A DNA stretch of 32,000 nt. Source: Candidatus Methylomirabilis limnetica (GTDB lineage Bacteria > Methylomirabilota > Methylomirabilia > Methylomirabilales > Methylomirabilaceae). Location: contig NZ_NVQC01000015.1 of NCBI RefSeq assembly GCF_003044035.1, positions 60,001 to 92,000 of the forward strand. Reading direction: 5' to 3'. How positions within the stretch are numbered: the first letter of the stretch is position 1; each line of letters starts with the position of its first letter. The position numbers and the translations under genes were made by a program. This document shows positions 1-7,856 of this stretch, in pieces. The notes below the pieces were generated by a model that ran no database searches, was not told where the DNA came from, and saw only the letters and a program-made list of their open reading frames with translations.

Positions 1-69
1 ATGGTTAGTATATTGAGCGTCGTATAAGTGATTACCCTTGCCGATGCCAGAAGTCTAGAGGTATAGCCT

Positions 70-2289
70 ATGCGACGACCACCCCGAGCTATCGTTGCGC
101 TGCTCTGGTCCTTCCTGCTGCTGATGGCCATATCGCTAGGAGTCGTCGGGGGCCTATTGGTCACGTACCTCCAGGACCTCCCGACGCTTGACGCGCTTGA
201 GGAGTATCAGCCCAGCCTCGTGACCACACTCTATTCAGATCACGATGAACCTTTTGCCACCTTCTTCGAGCAGAAACGTTCCTGGGTTCCGCTGGACAAT
301 ATCTCTCGCCATCTGATCAATGGAATTATCGCGGTCGAGGATGCTCAGTTCTACGAGCATCATGGGATTAATTTCCGAGGCCTCGCCAGAGCGTTTCTGG
401 TGAATCTCCGGGCTATGCGCCCCGTTGAGGGGGGCAGCTCCATCACACAGCAGTTGACTAAGATACTGCTCCTGACTCCGGAGAAAAACCTTTCCAGGAA
501 AGTCAAGGAGGCCCTCCTGGCGGTTGAAATCGAGAAACGGTACTCTAAAGAGAAGATCCTTGAACTCTATCTCAACCAGATCTACTTCGGACATGGCGCC
601 TATGGGGTGGAGTCTGCCGCCCAAACCTACTTCAAAAAGTCGGTGGATCAGCTTAACATCGCCGAGGCTGCAACCCTAGCCGGGCTGCCACGGGCGCCTA
701 ACTACTACTCTCCCATCACCGATAAGGAACGGGCCATACGTCGCCGAGACCATGTGTTGGCCCGGATGACTGAGCGAGGATTCATCACCAATGAGCAGGC
801 CGCTTCCGCTTTCACCGTCACCTTCGACGAATTTTCGTTCGAGAAAACTCGAAACCTCGGCCCCTACTTCGTCGAGTACATCCGTCAGCAACTGGAAGAG
901 AAATACGGTACATACGCCGTATACCATGGCGGCCTGAAGGTCTACACCACACTGAACATCGACACGCAACGGAGCGCCGAGTCGGCTCTGATAGAAGGAC
1001 TGAGGGGGATCGACAAGGCCAAAGGCTTTCGTCTTCCTCGCACACGATCCTTGACCGCACACGATTCCGGCAAGTCCCCCCTCTCGTACCTGATCCCGAA
1101 GGTAGGGGAGACTCTCAGCGCAACAGTCACGAAGATTCTGCCAAGAGCGATCATAGTTCAAGTCGGCGGGTATCAAGGTGACATTGCCCTTGACAAGGTA
1201 CCATGGCTCAACGCCTCGCAACCGCACCAACAGCTTCAGATCGGTATGGAGGTGAAGGTTCAGGTTGTCAGCGTCAACAAGCGAAAAAAGACTCTCGATC
1301 TGAATCTCGAACAAGATCCCGAGATCGAGGGCGCTTTCCTCGCCCTGGATCCGAGGGACGGCGGCATCAAGGCGATGATAGGCGGGTACGACTTCGAGCG
1401 ATCCAAATTCAACCGTGCGACGCAGGCCAGGCGACAGCCCGGCTCAGCCTTCAAACCGTTTATCTACGCCGCTGCCTTTGATCGCGGCTTCACCCCTTCC
1501 ACAATCATTAATGACGCCCCCGTAAGCTTCCCGTTCCTTGTGGACGGCAAACGAATCGAATGGAAGCCGGAAAACTATGACCGGAAGTTCCGCGGCCCGA
1601 CTACATTACGATACGGACTCGAACACTCCACCAACGTCGTCGCGGTGAAGCTTATCGAGCGGATTGGAGTCGATCCGGTCATCACGCTGGCCCATGATCT
1701 AGGAATCGAGAGCACGCTACGGAGGGAATATGCCCTGGCTCTCGGCGTCTCGGAGGTTACATTATCGGAGATGGTCTCGGCATTCGGTGTCTTTGCGCAT
1801 TCAGGAATCCGGTTTCTGCCATACAGCATCAGGAAGGTGGTGGACAACAAGGGGGCACCCCTGGAAGAGTACGTCCCGGTGAGTCAGCGGACGATGAGGG
1901 AGGAGACGGCATTCATTTTGACCAACGTCTTAAAGGGTGTCGTCGAGAGAGGGACTGGGTCTCGAGCGCGCGTACTGGGAAGACCTGTCGCAGGTAAGAC
2001 CGGGACCACTCAGGAAGCGACCGATGCCTGGTTCATCGGGTATACGCCCAACCTTGTGGCGGGGGTCTGGATTGGCTATGATACCAAGCGATCACTTGGC
2101 CGGCACGAAACGAGCGCCACCCTTGCCGTTCCCATCTGGACTCGCTTCATGCAACAAGTCCTTAAGGATACCCCATCAGAAGAGTTCCCCGTGCCGGAGA
2201 ACGTGGCCTCAGTAGTGGTGAACTACTCCTCTGGACGCCCCACTACCCTCGACGACAAAGACGCTATCCAGGAGTTTTTCCTCAAGTAA
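70..2289 (+). CDS. mrcA: Class A penicillin-binding protein 1A (peptidoglycan glycosyltransferase/transpeptidase)
   Basis: 739-aa ORF. N-terminal membrane anchor (IVALLWSFLLLMAISLGVVGGLLV). GT51 motifs EDAQFYEHHG, GGSSITQQ, RKVKEA, ILELYLNQIYFG. OB/S1-like insert (GETLSATVTKIL...VKVQVVSVNK) as in PBP1A. Transpeptidase motifs SAFKP (SxxK), HSTN (SxN), KTGTT (KTG). AGAGG lies 8 nt upstream of the ATG. Confidence 0.95.
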   Translation: MRRPPRAIVALLWSFLLLMAISLGVVGGLLVTYLQDLPTLDALEEYQPSLVTTLYSDHDEPFATFFEQKRSWVPLDNISRHLINGIIAVEDAQFYEHHGINFRGLARAFLVNLRAMRPVEGGSSITQQLTKILLLTPEKNLSRKVKEALLAVEIEKRYSKEKILELYLNQIYFGHGAYGVESAAQTYFKKSVDQLNIAEAATLAGLPRAPNYYSPITDKERAIRRRDHVLARMTERGFITNEQAASAFTVTFDEFSFEKTRNLGPYFVEYIRQQLEEKYGTYAVYHGGLKVYTTLNIDTQRSAESALIEGLRGIDKAKGFRLPRTRSLTAHDSGKSPLSYLIPKVGETLSATVTKILPRAIIVQVGGYQGDIALDKVPWLNASQPHQQLQIGMEVKVQVVSVNKRKKTLDLNLEQDPEIEGAFLALDPRDGGIKAMIGGYDFERSKFNRATQARRQPGSAFKPFIYAAAFDRGFTPSTIINDAPVSFPFLVDGKRIEWKPENYDRKFRGPTTLRYGLEHSTNVVAVKLIERIGVDPVITLAHDLGIESTLRREYALALGVSEVTLSEMVSAFGVFAHSGIRFLPYSIRKVVDNKGAPLEEYVPVSQRTMREETAFILTNVLKGVVERGTGSRARVLGRPVAGKTGTTQEATDAWFIGYTPNLVAGVWIGYDTKRSLGRHETSATLAVPIWTRFMQQVLKDTPSEEFPVPENVASVVVNYSSGRPTTLDDKDAIQEFFLK

Positions 2290-2315
2290 AACTTCCATGA
2301 AGTCAGCCGAGTGGT

Positions 2316-2341
2316 GTCGGGTTACGCTACGCTAACCCGAC
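2316..2341. repeat. Palindromic hairpin element GTCGGGTTA-N8-TAACCCGAC
   Basis: Perfect 9-bp stem with an 8-nt loop, 27 nt after the mrcA stop. No U-run follows on either strand, so it is not a canonical intrinsic terminator. Confidence 0.6.
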
Positions 2342-2388
2342 CTACAATTGGGAAGCAGCCAGCGATCAGTTTTTCTGCGTCCCCCGCA

Positions 2389-2416
2389 TTATCTGAAGCT
2401 GACCGCTGATTGCTGA
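2389..2416 (-). repeat. TCAGCNN heptanucleotide array, 4 units (copy 1)
   Basis: The reverse complement reads TCAGCAATCAGCGGTCAGCTTCAGATAA. It is identical to 13024-13058 except that one heptad (CTCAGCC) is absent. Confidence 0.8.
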
Positions 2417-2434
2417 ACGCTATTTTTTGCGGAA

Positions 2435-3046
2435 CTAACTTGGCCAGCCGATGTACTGCCCGTCCTCCCAAAGCTCCACCATCCTGCTCACAATGGTCAA
2501 TCGGTCTTCAAACCGCTCGCTTTGTGAAAGGGCCTGATCTGATGGCCAGAGATCCCAAAGGGGAGGACGAGAGACCTCACTGAGGCTGAAATAGCTCTCA
2601 CGCAGCCCCGCCAGAGTTTTCTTGTTACAACCGAGCAGGTTGGAGGTGGGAACAATCAACGGCTTTGGATTGTCGAACAGATGGCCCCAGTGAAGGCAGT
2701 CGCGAAGGTTGATCCCCGTGAGGCGACAAGCCAGTCGCGCAAACTCCATAAACCACTCGGTGGTGCGAGTGCACACCAGGCAACCCTGGCAATCGTCATG
2801 AACGACAACGGGGGCATAGGCCTCTGCCATCGGCCCTCCTGCCGGAATCCACTGGACGCCCCGATAATGGTGAAAGCGCAGCTTCGGTGAAGCCGCTGTG
2901 ACCCGACCCTGGATCGGCTCACGCTGACTCATACGAACCGGTACGTCTGACCGTCTCGCGCGCGTAACGCTCGACAACGAGGCCAGCGGGATTGTTCTCA
3001 TACCTTTAGTCATCTTCCCCAGTCTCTTCACCATGCTGGCGAGCAC
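2435..3046 (-). CDS. Hypothetical Cys-rich protein, no family recognised; start uncertain
   Basis: 203-codon ORF opening with GTG, convergent with mrcA. Core HDDCQGCLVC...C...C matches no motif I know. The only strong SD (AGGAGG, 4-nt spacer) precedes the internal ATG at 2830, which would give a 131-aa product. GC3 is about 66% both upstream and downstream of that ATG, so codon bias does not resolve the start. Confidence 0.5.
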   Translation of the reverse strand: MLASMVKRLGKMTKGMRTIPLASLSSVTRARRSDVPVRMSQREPIQGRVTAASPKLRFHHYRGVQWIPAGGPMAEAYAPVVVHDDCQGCLVCTRTTEWFMEFARLACRLTGINLRDCLHWGHLFDNPKPLIVPTSNLLGCNKKTLAGLRESYFSLSEVSRPPLWDLWPSDQALSQSERFEDRLTIVSRMVELWEDGQYIGWPS

Positions 3047-3224
3047 GTTCCCTATGAGGGTGCCAACACGCTATTGATAAGCCGCTCCGTAACATCCTTA
3101 TCGCTATCAGCCAATCCTGTCAATACCTTTGCGTGTTTTCTTGCGCGTTATTTCCGACTCGGTCTACGGCGTGGAGTAAAACAGGGCAGTGCTCCCCTTG
3201 ACCTTCACAGACGCCAAGCCGACA

Positions 3225-4310
3225 TCATGAAAACAGGATCGTCCGAAGGGTGGTCCGATTCTGCACCATCTCGAGTGCTCTCGGCAGCTCCATGAGTGGG
3301 AGGCGGGCAGTGATGAGGCGGGCCACTGGAACCTCGTGGCGAACGATGGCGTTGACCGCGCTGGCGAAATCGCCAGGGGTATGGTGGTAGATCGGGAAGA
3401 TCCTAATCTCCTCGTAATGCAACCGATGCAGGTCGAGAGAAAGGAGAGCACCCTCAGCCACTCCGCCGAATGGAACCAGCGTGCCACCCCGACCGACCAG
3501 CTCAAACGCTTCCTGGTGCGCCTGCGTACTTCCCACCGCCTCAATGACAACATCGGCCTTCTCCGCTCCTCCCCCGAAGGCCTCTCTCACCCCTGCCATC
3601 AGCGACCCTCCGGCAGTATTCAGCGCCTCGTCTGCGCCGAAGCTCCTTGCCAGAACCAGACGGTCATCATGGTGATCTAAGCTGAGGAGACGAATGGCCT
3701 GCCCGTACCGGTTACGGAGAGCGGATATAAACATCAGGCCGATCGGCCCGGCTCCCACGACCACGACACGATCTCCATCGGACACCTGCACGCGCCGGAT
3801 GGCGTGCATGACGCACGCGAGCGGCTCGGCGAGGGCTGCCTCCTCAAAGGGGACCTGCGGGGGCAGCTCATACAGGTTCACCTCCGCGATCCGTCCAGGG
3901 ATACGAATGTAGGGAGCAAAGGCGCCGTTGTTGTACAGGAGTCGCTCGCACATGCCCTGACGAGAACGCCGGCAAGCACGACAGCGGGCCGCCGGAACCG
4001 GATCAGTACAGGGGGCCGAGTTGGCTGCGACTACTCGCATTCCCGGCTGCCACCTGGCATCAGCCTGCTCCCCTCGCGCCACCACGACCCCGGCCCACTC
4101 GTGCCCGAAGAGCCCGGGGATCTCAATCATCGGGTGCGATCCGCGCAGGTACACCTTGCGATCCGTGAAATCAAGGGAAGCAGCCTCGACCCTGGCCAAG
4201 AGATCCTCTGGGCCAAGTTGCGGAATCGGTACCTCCTCTAAGCGCACATCTTCCGCACCGTGAAGCACCGCCGCCACCATCGTTCGGCTCGGGACATTCA
4301 CAGGGATCAC
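3225..4310 (-). CDS. Medium-chain dehydrogenase/reductase (zinc-ADH superfamily), atypical catalytic-zinc site
   Basis: 361 aa. GHEWAGVV (His-Glu zinc ligands). Rossmann motif VVVVGAGPIGLM. Cys-rich lobe CTDPVPAARCRACRRSRQGMC. The position of the catalytic Cys (GLCGSD in the upstream paralogue) reads SLDFTD, a Cys to Asp change. The GTG start overlaps the upstream stop (GTGA at 4307-4310). An alternative ATG is at 4280. Confidence 0.85.
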   Translation of the reverse strand: MIPVNVPSRTMVAAVLHGAEDVRLEEVPIPQLGPEDLLARVEAASLDFTDRKVYLRGSHPMIEIPGLFGHEWAGVVVARGEQADARWQPGMRVVAANSAPCTDPVPAARCRACRRSRQGMCERLLYNNGAFAPYIRIPGRIAEVNLYELPPQVPFEEAALAEPLACVMHAIRRVQVSDGDRVVVVGAGPIGLMFISALRNRYGQAIRLLSLDHHDDRLVLARSFGADEALNTAGGSLMAGVREAFGGGAEKADVVIEAVGSTQAHQEAFELVGRGGTLVPFGGVAEGALLSLDLHRLHYEEIRIFPIYHHTPGDFASAVNAIVRHEVPVARLITARLPLMELPRALEMVQNRTTLRTILFS

Positions 4311-5347
4311 GCCGTACTTACCCCGGCAGGTAAGAAAAGGACCTTCGTGGCCTGCCCTCCGCGCTGCAAACGCGCCCCCTCATCGAATCGGCTCAGGTCA
4401 AAGCGATGGCTGATAAGAGGAAAGGTCCGGACTTGGCCGGAGGCCAGGAGTTGGATCGCCTCGCCAAGTTCCACCGGCGTGGCCGAATAGGTTGCCGTGA
4501 GGGATAGCTCCCGCCGGTAGAAGGCGCTTAGATCGATCGCCATGCGTCCGGCGTCGCCTGCATCCGCAAAGATATTGATCTTCCCCCCGGCACGCAGGAC
4601 GCTAATCACCGCCTCTAACATCGTGGCGCTGACCGCAGTGAGGATAGCACCATCGACCCCTTCCGTTTCCGTGACGGAACGAAGCGCCATCAGCGGGTCC
4701 GATCCGGCCACATTCAGGGTCGTTTCAACGCCAAGCGTTCGAGCCAACTCAAGGCGCTCCTCCCGAAGATCGACACAGATCGGCCTCGCGCCAAACGCGG
4801 CGATGGTCTGCGCGACCAACAGCCCCATGCACCCGGCGCCGACTACCACGATCTGATCGCCAACCTGAACATTGGATCGTTTGACCGCCCGCACGGCGCA
4901 GGCCAATGGCTCCATAAAGATGCCTGCTTCGTCAGAAATCTCCTCGGGAAGTGCAAAGGCTGTCTGCGCTACCTGTAGGGCTGGAATCCGGACGAACTCA
5001 GCGAAGCCGCCGGGATCTATATTGGTCGTCTTGAACTGGGGGCACATCGACTCGCTGCCATGGAGACAGTAGCGGCACCGGCCACATGGGACGTGGTGCG
5101 CAACGGCAAGGCGATCGCCGATGGCAAATCGCTGCACCCCTTCGCCAACCGCCTTGACTACCCCAACCAGCTCGTGGCCCAGCGGGACGGGCCGTCCAAG
5201 CGTCATCTCGCCAAAGATCTTACCCAGATCAGACCCGCACAGACCACATACCCTCATCTCCAGGAGCAGCTCCCCCGGCCCAATGGAGGGCATCGGCAGC
5301 TCTACGAGTTCGACAATCCCAGGCCCCACTAACTGGATAGCTCTCAT
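4307..5347 (-). CDS. Zinc-dependent medium-chain alcohol/polyol dehydrogenase (MDR family)
   Basis: Canonical motifs VCGLCGSD, PLGHELVGVV, structural zinc CGRCRYCLHGSESMC, and Rossmann IVVVGAGCMGLL. I chose the ATG at 5347 (MRAIQLVGPG...) because it forms an ATGA overlap with the DUF971 stop. The track ORF extends to 5380. Confidence 0.88.
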   Translation of the reverse strand: MRAIQLVGPGIVELVELPMPSIGPGELLLEMRVCGLCGSDLGKIFGEMTLGRPVPLGHELVGVVKAVGEGVQRFAIGDRLAVAHHVPCGRCRYCLHGSESMCPQFKTTNIDPGGFAEFVRIPALQVAQTAFALPEEISDEAGIFMEPLACAVRAVKRSNVQVGDQIVVVGAGCMGLLVAQTIAAFGARPICVDLREERLELARTLGVETTLNVAGSDPLMALRSVTETEGVDGAILTAVSATMLEAVISVLRAGGKINIFADAGDAGRMAIDLSAFYRRELSLTATYSATPVELGEAIQLLASGQVRTFPLISHRFDLSRFDEGARLQRGGQATKVLFLPAGVSTA

Positions 5348-5715
5348 CCTCTGGCCCCAGATAAGGTTGAGTCGGAGCATTGTTCGCAGGGGCAGTTCGC
5401 CCGCAGTAAGTCATACGTATAGATACCGGTATCGTGCCCATCGCTCCAGGTAAAGTTCAGTGCATACCAACCCACAGAGCGAGAGCCTGTAACCTGAACC
5501 TCACCGGGCTTCAAAACTGGACCGCTGAGAACCTGGAGATTCCTGGCGTTCAGTCTCTTGCTCCTGGCGTCATCGCACGAGGCGCATGGGCAATCGCGCC
5601 GAAGAGCATCAAACGAGTACACGCTGCGATGGCCGTCCCGCCATGTAATAATCATGACCCGCTCTTGCCGCTCAACGATCACCTCGGCTGGATCAGACGA
5701 TCGCGTCGGTATCAT
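5344..5715 (-). CDS. DUF971 family protein (gamma-butyrobetaine hydroxylase-like N-terminal domain)
   Basis: 123 aa with the duplicated signature W-DGH...Y....LR..CPC..C (ITWRDGHRSVYSFDALRRDCPCASC and FTWSDGHDTGIYTYDLLRANCPCEQC). Confidence 0.85.
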   Translation of the reverse strand: MIPTRSSDPAEVIVERQERVMIITWRDGHRSVYSFDALRRDCPCASCDDARSKRLNARNLQVLSGPVLKPGEVQVTGSRSVGWYALNFTWSDGHDTGIYTYDLLRANCPCEQCSDSTLSGARG

Positions 5716-5724
5716 CGCTCGCCC

Positions 5725-6033
5725 TCATTGCGTCTGTTGTCGAACCACTCGACCTCTAGAGATCGCCTGAAGGAGTAATCGGCCTTCATCGGTCTCCTGC
5801 TCGAGGTGAGGAATCAGGTCCCCATAGCGGATGGTCAGTTCTCCTGTCCTGGCGAAGATCTGACTCGGATCGATCTTGTACCGCTCGATCCACCGCTTTA
5901 CTTCAGCGATAGCCTCCTCCTTCGTGAGCAGCGGGAGATCGCCCTCTTCAGAATCCGGTAGTATTGGCTCCCCGTTAAGGCGGTTCAACTCATCTACCAC
6001 GCAGATCACCACATTTCCGAAGACAGGCGCCAT
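5725..6033 (-). CDS. Small acidic hypothetical protein
   Basis: 102-aa ORF packed between folD (stop 6065) and the DUF971 gene (start 5715) on the same strand, which supports it being real. No family recognised and the SD is weak. Confidence 0.55.
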   Translation of the reverse strand: MAPVFGNVVICVVDELNRLNGEPILPDSEEGDLPLLTKEEAIAEVKRWIERYKIDPSQIFARTGELTIRYGDLIPHLEQETDEGRLLLQAISRGRVVRQQTQ

Positions 6034-6064
6034 GACCTATCTGTCCCGGTGTCACGCTGCTGCC

Positions 6065-6979
6065 TCAGGGTTGGGCCATCGTTCTTTTGTCAGACGGAAC
6101 CGGCGCATCCCCAGAGGGCCTGATGACGCCACATAAGCGCCGACAGGCATCTACCGTATTTTTTAAGAGCATGGCTACCGTCATCGGGCCCACCCCGCCT
6201 GGAACCGGGGTGATCAGTGAGGCTTTTTGCGCAACCTCCGGAAAGTCCACATCCCCCACGACCCTGCCGTCCGCAAGACGATTGACGCCGACGTCGATGA
6301 CGACGGCTCCATCCTTGACCATGGGTCCTGTCACCAAACCTGGTTTCCCTGCCGCCACAACAAGGATATCGGCCTGCCTGGTATGATAAGCAAGATCGCG
6401 GGTCTTGATATGGCAAATGGTAACGGTAGCGTGGTGCTGCAGCAGCAGGAACGCCGTCGGCTTGCCGACTACCACACTCCACCCGACGATAACCGCATGC
6501 TTTCCTTCGATCACCACATTCGTCCGATTGAGTAGCTCGAGAATGCCAAGCGGCGTGGACGCGACAAAGAGGGGATTCCCGACCAGCAATCCGCCAAGGT
6601 TAGAGGGGTGAAATCCGTCTACATCCTTTTCCGGAAGAATCGCCCCCAGAACTCGCCTTTCGCTGATGTGGGGAGGGAGCGGAAGCTGAACGAGAATGGC
6701 GTGCACGGTAGGGTCGCTATTGAGGCGTTCGATCTCGTGGAGCAGTGAAGCTTCCGGAAGATCGGCCGGCAGGTCTATTCGTACCGAGGTGATCCCGGCA
6801 TCCTTACAAGCTTTGGCTTTCTTCTGCACGTAGGTCGCTGAGGCCGGGTCGTTCCCGACGAGGATCGCCGCCAGGCACGGAACCATCCCAGTCTGCGCAG
6901 TAATCGCCGCAACCTCGATTTGGACTTCCCGGCGAATCTCCGCCGCAATAGACTTGCCGTCGAGAATCCGCGCTGACAT
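6065..6979 (-). CDS. folD: Bifunctional methylenetetrahydrofolate dehydrogenase/methenyltetrahydrofolate cyclohydrolase
   Basis: N-terminus MSARILDGKSIAAEIR. Motifs ILVQLPLP, DVDGFHP, GKHAVIVGWSVVVGKP, PVPGGVGPMT. The SD GAGGGGG overlaps the ymdB stop. Confidence 0.95.
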   Translation of the reverse strand: MSARILDGKSIAAEIRREVQIEVAAITAQTGMVPCLAAILVGNDPASATYVQKKAKACKDAGITSVRIDLPADLPEASLLHEIERLNSDPTVHAILVQLPLPPHISERRVLGAILPEKDVDGFHPSNLGGLLVGNPLFVASTPLGILELLNRTNVVIEGKHAVIVGWSVVVGKPTAFLLLQHHATVTICHIKTRDLAYHTRQADILVVAAGKPGLVTGPMVKDGAVVIDVGVNRLADGRVVGDVDFPEVAQKASLITPVPGGVGPMTVAMLLKNTVDACRRLCGVIRPSGDAPVPSDKRTMAQP

Positions 6980-6988
6980 ACGGCCCCC

Positions 6989-7765
6989 TCAGGGTTCCCG
7001 TTGGATCCGTACGATCGAGGTCGAGTGTCCGGTCCGCTCGTCGATCTCCACCACCACTCCGCACAGTCGAGGTGCGCTGGTGGCCGGACGAAATTGTTTC
7101 GGAAGACCGGAAAGGAATTTGGCGATCGGACCTTCAATACCCATCCCGATTACCGAGTCGTGACCACCCGTCATCCCCACATCGGTCAAATACGCCGTCC
7201 CCCCAGGAAGGATCCGTTCGTCAGCGGTCTGGACATGCGTGTGGGAGCCGATCACCGCCGACACCCTCCCATCCACATACCAGGCGAAAGCCTGTTTCTC
7301 TGCCGTTGCCTCACCATGAAAATCTACGAAGATCAGTGTCGTCTCCCGACGCAGCCGGCCAATCTCACGGTCACCCACTCGAAACGGGCAATCAAGCGGG
7401 GGCATGAACGCCCGCCCCTGTAGATTGAGCACCCCTACGACACAGCCACCTTTGTCCACCACCAGGCTTCCCTTACCCGGAGCAGGCTCTGGGTAGTTCG
7501 CCGGCCGCAGGAGCCGTTCCTCCTTCGCAATGTACTCTTCGACCTCCTTCTTATCCCAGATATGATTTCCAGAGGTCATGAGATCGACACCGAGCGCGAA
7601 CATCTCTTTAGCCATCGCGCCCGTGAGGCCGTAGCCGCCGGCCAGGTTTTCGCCATTCGCAATGACGAGGTCGATGTTCTGCTCCTCGGTAAGGCGAGGC
7701 AACACAGACGCCACGGTCTCACGACCCGGCTTTCCAATAATGTCACCGATGAATAAGATTCGCAT
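6989..7765 (-). CDS. ymdB: YmdB-family metallophosphoesterase (2',3'-cyclic-nucleotide 2'-phosphodiesterase)
   Basis: MRILFIGDIIGKPGR, ANGENLAGGYG, DFHGEATAEK, GSHTHVQTAD. Lies immediately downstream of rny, as in Bacillus subtilis. Confidence 0.93.
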   Translation of the reverse strand: MRILFIGDIIGKPGRETVASVLPRLTEEQNIDLVIANGENLAGGYGLTGAMAKEMFALGVDLMTSGNHIWDKKEVEEYIAKEERLLRPANYPEPAPGKGSLVVDKGGCVVGVLNLQGRAFMPPLDCPFRVGDREIGRLRRETTLIFVDFHGEATAEKQAFAWYVDGRVSAVIGSHTHVQTADERILPGGTAYLTDVGMTGGHDSVIGMGIEGPIAKFLSGLPKQFRPATSAPRLCGVVVEIDERTGHSTSIVRIQREP

Positions 7766-7773
7766 GGCTTAGT

Positions 7774-7852
7774 GTTTCGAGTTTCGGGTTTCGGGTTTCG
7801 GGTTCAACACTGACCGAACCGAAGCTTTAACTCGACACTCTGAACTCGAAAC
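7774..7852. repeat. GTTTCGG heptanucleotide array (4.5 units) plus a 10-bp inverted repeat, filling the rny-ymdB spacer
   Basis: GTTTCGA GTTTCGG GTTTCGG GTTTCGG GTTCAAC at 7774-7808. GTTTCGAGTT (7774-7783) is the exact reverse complement of AACTCGAAAC (7843-7852). Confidence 0.85.
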
Positions 7853-7856
7853 ATTG

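Noticed and set aside
676-1314. 212-aa minus-strand ORF
   Set aside because: Antisense shadow inside mrcA.
2349-2362. GGGAAGCAGCC, resembling the SRP-RNA domain IV motif GGAAGCAGCC
   Set aside because: The surrounding sequence lacks the conserved helix 8 partner strand and tetraloop. The motif is part of the TCAGC-heptad inverted arm.
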